64,000 bases of DNA from a virus, in IMG/VR virus record IMGVR_UViG_3300043449_002292, positions 64,001 to 128,000 of that record, one strand, 5' to 3'. Shown piece after piece: positions 17,801-27,000 of this stretch. A program made the position numbers and the translations under genes. The notes beneath the pieces were generated by a model that had not been told where the DNA came from, ran no database searches, and saw only the letters and a list, made by a program, of their open reading frames with translations. How positions within the stretch are numbered: position 1 is the first letter of the stretch; every line of letters begins with the position of its first letter.

Positions 17801-18956
17801 CGATCGATCTGCCCGTCGCCGCGAACGCGCGCTGGAGCTCCTGCAGACGATCGGCTGCGCCTTCCATGTTCCTCAGCTTCAGGGGATCGAGAACCATGCC
17901 GAAACCCTGCGCGAGGCTGGCGGCCGCCTCCGCACCCTGCTCGAAGTCATCGAACTTGTCAACGAGCCCGGTGAGCTCGGTGATCTCTATGCCTAGCTTT
18001 CGTGTGAAGACGGCGGCCTGAGTCATCTCCTTCACGTAATTGCCAGTCATCTTTCCCAGGAGCTTGAAATTGTTCAACGCAGCGCCGACGTCCTTTCCGA
18101 GAACCTTCGTGGAGATACCGAAATTTCTTCCGATCTTGTCGACCGATGACAATATCTCCTGAGAGAGTGACTTGGTGCTTCTGCCAGTCGCAATGGCAAG
18201 GGTCGCGGTTTGCTGCATCGCCTCGGAGGAGAAACCGAGACCTTCCTTCAGGAGGTAGAGCTCGTCCGAGGCTTCGTTGAACTCCGAACCCAGCGCGTCG
18301 GTGATCGCCCCCATATCCTCGAAGACTTCCATGGCCTTCTCAACACGGTCGATGGATCCATCGATTCCAGGGGCGAACTTGGAGGCGAAGACGTTCGCTC
18401 CTCCTGCAGCCTCCTTCAGGCTGCTCCCCATCGTTGTCGCCATTGTCTTGACACGAGCCGCTGATGTCTCAGTGAAGCTGCCAACTTTCGCGCGCACCTT
18501 CTCGTAGGCTTCGGCGAGCTCGTACAACTTCTGCGCCATCTCGACCGCTTTCTTAATGAGAGTGTCGTACATTGTCGAGAGAACTCCGAAGGCAGCCTGC
18601 ACCGGGTTCATGATGATATCATGAAGTGAGGTGAAGTTCGTTCCCAGGAGCGCAAGACCCTCACTGAAGGGCGTGGTGAACTTCTCCCACACTCCCTCAC
18701 CGACGAAATCTTTTATCTTTCCGGTGAACGTGCTCCACATGCCGCTGGTCTTCTCGAGCTCCTCACCGGCGGACGACATGCTGCCCGCCATGTCATTGAC
18801 CGCTGGCACTGCATCCTGCGCAGCTTCCGTCACGTTTCGGAACGCGGCGGCCTGGGATCCAGCACCCTCCGAGATCGCAGTCAGCAGCTCACGCTGCTGC
18901 TTGAGGGACGCGTTAATCTCCTGAAGTATCTGTAGTTGCTCAGCTTGGATGTCCAC
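14880..18956 (-). CDS. Tail tape measure protein
   Basis: 1358 aa helical Ala/Gly/Leu-rich protein with hydrophobic segments and internal repeats, downstream of tube and chaperone genes. Confidence 0.85.
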   Translation of the reverse strand: MDIQAEQLQILQEINASLKQQRELLTAISEGAGSQAAAFRNVTEAAQDAVPAVNDMAGSMSSAGEELEKTSGMWSTFTGKIKDFVGEGVWEKFTTPFSEGLALLGTNFTSLHDIIMNPVQAAFGVLSTMYDTLIKKAVEMAQKLYELAEAYEKVRAKVGSFTETSAARVKTMATTMGSSLKEAAGGANVFASKFAPGIDGSIDRVEKAMEVFEDMGAITDALGSEFNEASDELYLLKEGLGFSSEAMQQTATLAIATGRSTKSLSQEILSSVDKIGRNFGISTKVLGKDVGAALNNFKLLGKMTGNYVKEMTQAAVFTRKLGIEITELTGLVDKFDDFEQGAEAAASLAQGFGMVLDPLKLRNMEGAADRLQELQRAFAATGRSIDEMSRVDRKLLADTAGLTEKQVSLAFSSQGLAMSYDEIVAGADAANKKQKSTEETFKDLADNIENVITPFKEFTGFMSAFFEGFGRGFFGSKGVLKTIGDLAKKMIDVAVIGQRVGRIFSAVLFKNDDGQAFLGLFTKIGTMFEEIATSVESFITKVKEGDVVGGVKELLGGVFTSISKAFTEGVGNFSFMDMAARFGQFMLDVLVGGVEWLVDSIPRWIDNLTKMFTDDGESGVTGGIQSAFKKSVDRLKVALPKLLDQLPDLGGAIIDAIMRMFEQYPWATAIAGIFVGGGPIMSTITEIANMFFGETGKIFDAVGEAVSTGGAVGAASGAAADVASGLSSGIESPIADTLTTGKGMMERLFDIIEDPLRIATMAAAVGVAIKTIGGAIAELMASLMEPLPDKTYSFVDLIAESAKKLENVGIGDLLALGGILAVFGIAVAGAMFGISKMHEKMGTMGLVGAAAATWVASKLGVAEGTKGVLTSVLEGIGDVIKQLVEPFSDETFKTNLTYAAGMTSQIGSLQQIATTLQGVINSVSAIDAAIPKDWAGTIDTEGMFDAIATAFTLLKGDGKRMGLIGQLNLMGDASAAAGKGEQIGKLGAAVTGIGAIITTLAGLGDTKEATRRLQDLTGTTGEEGTTGFLSRVLALSGWFADYLNYGVAGDSAKSIGGLNVALTSIGTTITTLIGIGDVDDANKKMLDLTGGTGMVAQLGVFATQFNEKFKDNSITDETKDTVQNMSKAIDALKTIITSLEGLTDVNTVIPNLTSLTSAQTLADMPGGFIALLGQFGFWVGQSFGADFGISSEMINNIKNMKDAVKEIQPLNEAIKGITDLAYNIEDVVKGLSEDRMTQFEERLTALVGHTMNINEILADLETVRLDATIDRLEKNMRVAKTSLSVAGGTVNVNVQLNVTMNAQKISESLIMGGYVAATDNFKKFMQNNDGINDIFENDTSIGYNKTKDGDTWNPPKPK

Positions 18957-19001
18957 GCTATCTCACCGATGCTATTCCCTAACTATGCGGGAGAGCTTTT
19001 T

Positions 19002-19262
19002 TCAGTAACGCCATTCCCTTCCGATAACGCGTCTGAACTCGGCCGCAGCAACCTGACGTGTCCTTATCATCTCGGTGACAGCGTCAAGGTTCGTGCTATT
19101 GTCGCAGAGCGCCTCGTAGAGCCGCCGTGAGGCGTTCATCGCATTGCGGATCGCCTCCACTTGCTTCTTATCACCGGAGAAGCTCGGGACGTTTCCGCCC
19201 TCGAGGATGTAACGACCTGCTGACCTGAAGATCTCCGTGAGAACTTTTTCCTGTTTTTCCAT
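19002..19262 (-). CDS. Hypothetical protein (late)
   Basis: 86 aa, SD AGGAG, ATACTTAA motif at 19288-19281. Confidence 0.75.
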   Translation of the reverse strand: MEKQEKVLTEIFRSAGRYILEGGNVPSFSGDKKQVEAIRNAMNASRRLYEALCDNSTNLDAVTEMIRTRQVAAAEFRRVIGREWRY

Positions 19263-19287
19263 CTTGCAAAACTCCTGCGATTAAGTA

Positions 19288-19551
19288 TTACGTGAATCGA
19301 CGAAGCCGCGCAGGAGTCTCCCCCCGATGCATCCCCATCAGCGCACGTGTCTGGGCGTCGTTCTGATGGGCAGCTCGGGTCGGTGTGTTCTGCTTCTCAC
19401 TGTTACGTGAGAGCTCCTTGTTGAGCCGTGTGATGAACCAGGCACGATACTGGATGGGAATGTTGTAGCACTCCCAGTAGCTGAAGCCCATGTAATACAT
19501 GAGCAGGAAGCTCTGCTCGAGGTAGATCTCACGATCCTCAGGCGTCAGGCC
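19288..19551 (-). CDS. Tail assembly chaperone C-terminal extension (T4 gp51 / lambda T-like), probably reached by frameshift
   Basis: Open frame GLTPEDREIYLEQSFLLMYYMGFSYWECYNIPIQYRAWFITRLNKEL overlaps the upstream stop at a T7 run and has no SD-supported start. Confidence 0.7.
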   Translation of the reverse strand, partial: GLTPEDREIYLEQSFLLMYYMGFSYWECYNIPIQYRAWFITRLNKELSRNSEKQNTPTRAAHQNDAQTRALMGMHRGETPARLRRFT

Positions 19552-20380
19552 AAAAAAAGCTGGCGCCGAGCGGCACCCGCACCTCGCTCTGCTCACCGCA
19601 GGATGCGCAGTCGAACTCTCCCTTCAGCTCGATGCCGGGCTCATTCGCGTCGATGTGCTTACGAAGCGCCATCGAGTCACGGGCAGGCATGTTGCGGATG
19701 AAGCCGTTGATCGAGGAGCGGTCGGTCTTACCATCGATCGAGACGATGGAATACTGGAGACGGGTGGTCACCGCGCTGTCAGCGATCGCACCCTGCTTCT
19801 TCGCGCGTTCCGTGATGGTGTTGATCTCCTCCTCATCACGACCCGTCAGGAACTTGAAGTGCACGGCCTTCTTCGTGATCGGAAGCTTGAACTCGAAGAC
19901 GTTCTGACCCACGGTGACAGGGTCAGCCTGGAGACGCTTGATCGGCATGTCGGCAAGGTTGAACTCCTGCTTCGAGCGAGTGTTGCACTTCGGGCAGTCA
20001 GCCTCAACACGATACTCCGCACCGTAACCGGTGATGCGAAGGGCGACCATGATCGCGTTACGATCACCAGCGAGCATGTCCTGCACCTGGATCCGCTTGT
20101 CCGTCAGGCAGCTCCTGATAAGTTCGGTGATGACGGTGCCCTTCTTGATGAGAGCGCGTGAGGTCAGGATGTCCTCCTCACGGGCGGTCATCGCACGAAT
20201 ATCAACGGTCTCCCTCTTGTGAAGCGGACTCTCCGTTGGATAGACGACACCGTTCGAGGGAAGCGGAACGGACTCCACCGGAACCTCGAAACCGAAATCA
20301 TCGCGCATGACATCCTTCGTCTGGATGCCCGCTGGAACCGCCCCACCGAAAAGTGCACTACGATCTGTCTCACCTGCCAC
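19538..20380 (-). CDS. Baseplate hub / tail assembly chaperone (T4 gp26-like)
   Basis: VPLPSNG, IRAMTAREEDIL, DRNAIMVALRITGYG, CPKC and CASC zinc motifs, FKLP...FKFLTGRDE, ends FFWP; follows the tail tube gene. Confidence 0.8.
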   Translation of the reverse strand: MAGETDRSALFGGAVPAGIQTKDVMRDDFGFEVPVESVPLPSNGVVYPTESPLHKRETVDIRAMTAREEDILTSRALIKKGTVITELIRSCLTDKRIQVQDMLAGDRNAIMVALRITGYGAEYRVEADCPKCNTRSKQEFNLADMPIKRLQADPVTVGQNVFEFKLPITKKAVHFKFLTGRDEEEINTITERAKKQGAIADSAVTTRLQYSIVSIDGKTDRSSINGFIRNMPARDSMALRKHIDANEPGIELKGEFDCASCGEQSEVRVPLGASFFWPDA

Positions 20381-20434
20381 GTTGTTGACTCCTAAAATTT
20401 GCTATAGCAATTGTTAGCAATCATATGAGCAAGT

Positions 20435-20465
20435 AAAAAAATGGCCACGCAAAATGCGTGGCCAT
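20435..20465 (-). terminator. Intrinsic terminator after the tail tube gene
   Basis: ATGGCCACGC-ATTTT-GCGTGGCCAT followed by TTTTTT. Confidence 0.9.
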
Positions 20466-20487
20466 CCTTCTTTTAGTGTTATTCCGA

Positions 20488-20976
20488 TCAGTACTGTAGG
20501 ACGCAGTTGTCGAAGCGGAGTGTGAGGGCAATTTCCATGATGTCATCGCCATCATACTTGAGCTCACCGAAGCCCGCCGAGGTGATGAAGGCTCCCTTAA
20601 TATCCCAGAGCTCGATAACGGTGCCGACCGGATCGAGGAGCTTCAGCTGGCAGTCGCGCTTGTAGAAGTCAGCGTAGCCTGCGCGTCCTGATACCGACTC
20701 AAAGTGGGTGCGAATCCATTCCATCACCTGCTGGGCGCCTGAGGGGGCGATCGCATCGTAGAGGGTCACGTCGATCGTCTCGAAGGTCGTCTTGCCGGCG
20801 ATGTAACGACGCGAGTTGATCCAAGGGATCTCCTTCTCCTCAGTCTTCACGCTTGGGCGCTTCGTTGACTTGATGAGGTAAGCATCGATTCCCTCGATGG
20901 CAAAAACCCATCGGTTCGACCTCTTCGGTTCAAACTTGTTGGGTAGCATATCGGTGACTGAGAGTGTCTCGGCCAT
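20488..20976 (-). CDS. gp19: Tail tube protein (T4 gp19-like)
   Basis: FEPKRSNRW, KRPSV, YIAGKTTFETIDVTLYD, VMEW, YKRDCQLKLLDPVG..IELWDIKGAF; directly after the sheath. Confidence 0.9.
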   Translation of the reverse strand: MAETLSVTDMLPNKFEPKRSNRWVFAIEGIDAYLIKSTKRPSVKTEEKEIPWINSRRYIAGKTTFETIDVTLYDAIAPSGAQQVMEWIRTHFESVSGRAGYADFYKRDCQLKLLDPVGTVIELWDIKGAFITSAGFGELKYDGDDIMEIALTLRFDNCVLQY

Positions 20977-20991
20977 TGTGTCTCCTGTTCC

Positions 20992-20999
20992 TTAACTAT
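20992..20999 (-). promoter_or_regulatory. Putative late promoter ATANTTAR (tail tube); representative of 13 exact copies seen
   Basis: ATAGTTAA here; exact copies also at 1949, 5456, 18979, 19281, 24057, 27219, 35573, 38738, 39425, 40593, 40944 and 46829 (leftmost coordinate of each 8-mer). Confidence 0.75.
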
Positions 21000-21017
21000 T
21001 GTTGTTATTCTAAATTC

Positions 21018-24000
21018 TTAGAAATTAGCCGCGTTTCTTGCCTCAAAGTCGATCGAGATGAACTCGGCCGCCTTCGTGGGCTGCAGGTAAATCTTACCGC
21101 GGATGGTGTTGTTCTCGATGTCAGCCTGCGTTGTCGTTGTCGTATCGATCTGGACACGGTAACGCTCGACACCACGCTGCGCCTGCACCTGCTTCATGAT
21201 GGGGGTCACGAGGGAGTTGAAGCGGGCGATGGTTGCCTCACGGTTCGGCTCGAAGAGAAGGGTGTAAGCGACGGCCTTCACTCGACGACGAACCTCGATG
21301 AGGAGTCGACGGACGTTGACGCGATCGAGGGCCGAACCTTCAGCAAGCGTTGTTCGTTGTCCGTTGATAATGATCCCAGCGCCCAGTGAGGCGACGATCG
21401 GGTTGATACCGGCGTCATACACGGTGTCGACATTCTCCGCTAGGAACTTCGTGCTGAGCTCCTCTGCAGGGATAATCGCGCGGACGTAACCTGCGGGAGC
21501 ATTCCACGCGTAACCGATACGATCGTTCTGACCGAAGGCACCGAGGACCATCGCGGAAGCCGGAACTCTCATGGACACCGGGATCCCGTTTCCTGGATCG
21601 ATCGAGGCGAAGAGATCCGGGAAGTATGCAGCACCGAAGGAGTTGTTAAGACCGCGGTTACGGAAGCGTGTCGTTGTGTAGTTGACGTTGACACTCGGAT
21701 ACGTGTCGGAGGAGATCGACGCGGTGATGTAGCTGTTGGTCTCGTCCTTCAACTCAACGTCCATGATGTAGAGCGCATCAAACTTCGTCTGCATGGACGA
21801 CAGGGCATAATCCGTGACTGCGGGATGACGAACATCCGGGATCGCCAGGAGGCTAACGTCGGAGTAGGTCTTGTTCGACATGATATCGACCGCCTTGCGG
21901 TAAGCAGCGACCGTCGGTCCGTTGAGCTCTCCCTGGTTGGTGTTATCGAGCTCACGACGGATAGCAGAGTCACGCATGTAGAACTTGTCAGCGTCGAAGA
22001 CGTTCAGACCATCGAATCCGCCCTGCATGAAGGTTACGAACTTCAGGTAGCTCCTGTTTGAAGCGTATGAGAAGTCGACGTTAACGTCCAGGAACCTTCC
22101 ACCCAGGGTGCTATCAAGAACTCCGTCACGCTGGTATACAGCCTCATCCCAGCGGGTCGTATCAATCGTGGTGTCGGAGCTTGTCATCACCTGGACCCTC
22201 TCCAGCGTGAAGAGGTTCTTGTTGAAGAGATCCGCGTCAACCACGGAGCCATTGACGTTCTGAGCACCCTCGTTTCCACCCGCCCAGGGGTTCTGGTATG
22301 TCGTGTGGAACTTGGGGAAATACTTCGTGTATGCAGAGAACGCGCCAGCGCCCAGGAGCGTGGTAGGAGCCGTGGTTCCATCGTTCGGCTGCGTTGTTGA
22401 GTTGCAGACATTGAACTGTGGTCCCCAGTAATACTTGCTCTCACCAGTCGCATTCGGATCGGCAGCGGCGGCGCCGATATTGATGCTGTGCCTGAAGAAG
22501 ATCGGCAGCTCACGAGCATTCGTCGTTGGAACGGTGAGGTGTGGGCTGTTACCGTAAGATCCTGTGGTGAGGAACCCAGAACCTGATGTCACAAGGTGGT
22601 AGTATCCACGTGAACCGACCGGCAGTGTGTTGGTCGGAACAATCTTGTTGATGACATCGTCTGAGAGTTCGATCCTGATACGACGTGAGGCCTTACCGTA
22701 GAGACCGTCCTCGATAACTTTCTGCGCGTCAGCCGTGCGATCGAAATCAAAGTAGGTGTTGAGATCACCGATCTTCTTTCCAACGAAGTTGGAGCTGTCA
22801 GGATCGAGATCACAATCAACGTAACTCTCTAGGACGACGGGTGAATCATCGCTGTCATCGAAGCTCCGCAGCTTGACGGTGAACCTACCGTAGGAGTCAG
22901 CCGTGGTAGGATACTTGATGTTCTCGATTGTTATCTTGTAGAGCTCGTTTGAATCGGCGCCGTCGGAACGTGCGTGGAACTTGAAGAGGTTGTACCTTGT
23001 TCCACCGAAGTTCTGGGAGACGATGAACGGGGTCGCTGGGTGCTGATAACGATCCTCGAAACCCTCGTAGTTGGGGAACGTGGCAGTTCCGTTATTTGCC
23101 GTCTGCGTTCCACTCAGGCAGAAGACGATCTCCTCGATCGATGTGTTCACGTCGACGCGACGAACGAGATCCTGTGCGGCGATTCCGGATCCTGTTGGAA
23201 CCGCGAAGGCATCGAGAACATCGTAATGGTTGTAGAGAACGTATCCATACTCCTCGACAAGACGGGGATTTGTGTTTAACGTTCTCGCGAAGTAGCTGAG
23301 ATCGCTTGGGTTAAGCGAGGCGCTGATAACGCTCGGATACGCATCCGAGTCGGTGTGGCCGTTCAGGAACAGGGTGAAGTTCTGCTTGCCGCTGCGAAGA
23401 TCGAGCGACCCAGTGAACCATCCCTTAGCCGGAATCGCGGTCGTAGCAGCGGAAGAGTAGGTATCCGAAGTGGCTCCGGGAGCGGAGCTCGAAACGGTGA
23501 TCTGAACGCCTGACGCGGCGAAGAGAACGCCGCGGATGATCGGCTGCGCCGCGGTCGACGTCTGAACTCCTGAATCAGAGAGTAACCAGGAACCAGCAGA
23601 TTCCGACATGTAGCAGCCGAGGAAGTATGTCCTTCCGTTGATTCCGCTCGTGGTGGCGTATGGATTGTTTCCAAGCTGACCCGTCGCAGTCTGCACCTTC
23701 TGCGACCCTACCACGAAGCCAGCGTTAGTAACCTTGCCAGCGTTCGGGGAAGCTGTCGTGCGTTTATTTCCATCACCGACGCCAAGAACCCTGACATACG
23801 TTCCCGCCGATGCGTTGTTCAGCCACTGATTCAGGGCCACCGGCGCCGGACGATCAGCGCTTGGGTATCCAAACTCAGTCCTGAACTGCTGAGCGTTGGC
23901 GAAAGTCAGGGGAACGAAAGCAGTTCCCTGATCGGCTGTTCCGATCACTCCCGCGGCGCGACCCGATGGTTGAACCTCGGTCACCCCACCGGTGCTATCG

Positions 24001-24032
24001 ATCTCATTTAACGTGATATTTGGCGCAGCCAT
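21018..24032 (-). CDS. gp18: Tail sheath protein, copy 2 (gp18-like)
   Basis: N-terminal GVIGTADQGTAFVP; C-terminal AAYFP, WNAPAG, INPI, GQRT, SALDRVNVRRLL, LFEPN, GKIYLQPTKAAEFISIDF. Confidence 0.92.
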   Translation of the reverse strand: MAAPNITLNEIDSTGGVTEVQPSGRAAGVIGTADQGTAFVPLTFANAQQFRTEFGYPSADRPAPVALNQWLNNASAGTYVRVLGVGDGNKRTTASPNAGKVTNAGFVVGSQKVQTATGQLGNNPYATTSGINGRTYFLGCYMSESAGSWLLSDSGVQTSTAAQPIIRGVLFAASGVQITVSSSAPGATSDTYSSAATTAIPAKGWFTGSLDLRSGKQNFTLFLNGHTDSDAYPSVISASLNPSDLSYFARTLNTNPRLVEEYGYVLYNHYDVLDAFAVPTGSGIAAQDLVRRVDVNTSIEEIVFCLSGTQTANNGTATFPNYEGFEDRYQHPATPFIVSQNFGGTRYNLFKFHARSDGADSNELYKITIENIKYPTTADSYGRFTVKLRSFDDSDDSPVVLESYVDCDLDPDSSNFVGKKIGDLNTYFDFDRTADAQKVIEDGLYGKASRRIRIELSDDVINKIVPTNTLPVGSRGYYHLVTSGSGFLTTGSYGNSPHLTVPTTNARELPIFFRHSINIGAAAADPNATGESKYYWGPQFNVCNSTTQPNDGTTAPTTLLGAGAFSAYTKYFPKFHTTYQNPWAGGNEGAQNVNGSVVDADLFNKNLFTLERVQVMTSSDTTIDTTRWDEAVYQRDGVLDSTLGGRFLDVNVDFSYASNRSYLKFVTFMQGGFDGLNVFDADKFYMRDSAIRRELDNTNQGELNGPTVAAYRKAVDIMSNKTYSDVSLLAIPDVRHPAVTDYALSSMQTKFDALYIMDVELKDETNSYITASISSDTYPSVNVNYTTTRFRNRGLNNSFGAAYFPDLFASIDPGNGIPVSMRVPASAMVLGAFGQNDRIGYAWNAPAGYVRAIIPAEELSTKFLAENVDTVYDAGINPIVASLGAGIIINGQRTTLAEGSALDRVNVRRLLIEVRRRVKAVAYTLLFEPNREATIARFNSLVTPIMKQVQAQRGVERYRVQIDTTTTTQADIENNTIRGKIYLQPTKAAEFISIDFEARNAANF

Positions 24033-24070
24033 TCGTTGAACTCCTTAATCTCTCGCTTAACTATTGCTGA

Positions 24071-27000
24071 TTATACGAACTCAACACCCGCGGGGGTGAT
24101 GATAAAGTCGACAGCGATGAACTCAACCGCGCGGGTTGGGACCACGATAATCCTACCGTTGAGCCTGCTGGCCTCTACGTCAGCCTGGGTGTTGTTGGTA
24201 TCATCGCAGATGATCCTGAACTGCTCAACTCCCGCCTGTGCCTTCACAAGGGAAAGCAGCGGGGTCGCACGATCGACGAATGTCTTCCTTGTCGTTGCAT
24301 CGTTGGGCTCGAAGAGAAGACCACGCGCGACGCCGAGAATGATCCTCTTGAGCTCCAGGAAGAGACGACGGACATTGACGCGATCGAAAGCTGACTTCGA
24401 GAGCTGCAGGGTCTTCTGTCCGAAGATGACGAACCCGCTACCCGGGAAGGTTGCGATCGGGTTGATCGAATTCTCGTAGAGGTAATCACGATCAGCTGCC
24501 GAGAGTCGAACCTCAACGTTGCCTACGAAATCGAGAGCAGCGCGGTTGAAGCCTGCGGGAGCATACCACGGGTAGGAGACCCTGTCACCGTATCCGATCG
24601 CTCCGAGCGCCGCCACCGATGCGGGCACCTTGACCTTACGGTTCGTCGTCGTATCATTCACAAAGACGTCCGGGAAGTAAGTCGCGACGTAGTTGCTGTT
24701 GATCGCGCGGGCGGTGAGAGCATCCGTCGTCTTCGTCACATTGGGCTTCGTTCCTGAATCCTCAAAGATTCGAACGTTCGCATCAGTGTAGGACGGCATG
24801 TCGAGGACATACATTCCAAGAGCGTAGCTTGGAAGTCGACGGGTGATGTAATCGGTAATCAGCGGCTCCTTGATTCCCGGCGTAGCGATCACGTTGACGT
24901 TGACCGTCAGCTTGTCTGTCATGAGCTTCGAGGCGACACGATATGAATTGATCGCGTTGTTGCTGAGGTTGTCACCCGCAGGATCGTATCCCAGACCCGA
25001 TCGAGCAAGCGGTTCGGATCCACCGACAGCCAGACCGCCCGTATCCGTCGACGTTGCGCGATCACCGAGGCGAGCCGCTGCAGCGTCGAGGACGTTGAGA
25101 CCGTCGAATCCACCGTAGAAGATCGTGGAGAACTTCGCATACTCGGAGAATTTGTTGAATGTGTTGACGGAGCCCGACAGAAGCGAGGCGAAAGTAAGCC
25201 TGCTCAGGGAGCTGTCGGTGATCCTATAGTCCACAGCATCCGGAACCCCGTTACGTATGTAAGCAGCCTCCTTCATGTGGGCCTCGATGGTTCCCGTTAC
25301 ATCGGAGAGCGTCTGATTGGAAAGGGCGACACGTGCCAGCGTGAACTTGTTGGCGTTGAAAGCATCAGCATCCGAGCCGGTCAGCAGCGCGTCGAGCTTC
25401 TGAATCCCCTGGAACTTTGAGTAAGCGAGAACCAGAGGGTTGAAGGCGTAACCAGCGTTCGCGTCCATGACCGAGTTCTCAATTTTACCCGAGACGGTTC
25501 CGGACGGGACGAGCTTCTCAAACTTCACACCCCAGTGCAGGCGGGAGTCTGGGATCTCGAGGATTCCCGGCGACCCGATGTATGATGAGCCGTCAACAGT
25601 TCCCCTCGTTGCCTTGAAGCGGAACGGAAGCGGTGGGACAATAGAGCCGGTCAGGCCCGTTGCGATCGAGCTGCTGCAGGCGAGGCGTGGTAGCACCCCT
25701 CCGCCAGAGCCGTAGGTCCTCGTTCCGATGATGAGGGCGCTCTGCGTATCCGTAAGGGTCTGGGTCGTGCGAACGACAGGAACACCGCGGAAACCGAAGG
25801 GCAGGGCGTTCGTTGGAACCGCGCCGGAATCAAGCTGGCTGGAAATCCGCACTCGAATTCGACGGCTCGCGTTCGGGAACTTACCGCTGATCAGCAGCCT
25901 CTGCTCCGACTCATCCGCAGCATCGAAGTTGAAGGTTACCTTACGATCTCCGATCTTCTTGGCAACGTAGTTCGTGCTGTTCGGATTGAGATCGCAGCCA
26001 GTGAAGCTCTCGAGAACCTTCGTCGATGTGTCGGTGTCGAAGAGATCACGAACCAGGACGTCGAACGTTCCGTATGGGTTCTTCGGATCCGTGGAGGCCT
26101 TCATGTTGACGATCGAGATCTTGAAGAGATCGTTGCCTGAGGAACCATCCGTGAGGGTCTCGAAGTGGAAGAGGTCATACTCAAAACCACCATACGGCTG
26201 CGAGATGATCGCTGGGGTCCGCGGGGTCGTGTAGCGGGTATCGTAACGTCCGAACTTCTGCAGGAAGAGGTCGTTTGAGCCTGAGGCGATCGCGATGCAG
26301 CTGTCACCGGTCGTATCGATGGGAGCAAGCTCGTCCTCAACCGGAAAATCGACGTAGAGCAGGTGCTGCTCGTCCTGGAACTTGCGGGGGTCCGTGTTGA
26401 GAACCTTTCCGAAGTAGTCCGTAGCGTTGGGGTCGAAGGACGCGGTCAGTATCCTGACGCCAGAGACCGAATCGGTCGTTCCGAACGTGGCACCCTGTGA
26501 TGAGGAGATTACGAACTTGAACTTCTTGTATGTTGTGGAGTTTGAATCGAGATCCGTCGAGGCGATGTCATCGAAAGCTGCTCCCGTCCCGCTCCACTGC
26601 GATGCCGCCCCGGTCATGTCAAGGACCATACCGCGGGCGCCGGTTGGGAAGAACAGCATACCACGAACGACGTTTATCGTGTCGTTCGAGGTTGGGTTGA
26701 AGCTCGGGTTATCGCTGAAAACCGGGAATCCACGCCACTCGGAGGGAGTTGACGTATCGGATGGCAGCTTGTGACGAGCAACGAGGAACTGCACCGCGCC
26801 AGTCTTACGAAGGTCGGTTGGGGGCTGGGCGACTGTTGAGCCGAGGACCTTGAAACCAGCGTTACGAACGGTTCCCTGTCCAGCTGTCGTGGAGAAATCA
26901 GAGGTGGTGGCATTCGCACCCGCGCCGAGGACGCGGATGAATGTGAGGGCACCCTTGTTCTTCAGCCACTCGTTCGCGGCGTAAGAGGCTGGACGATCCG

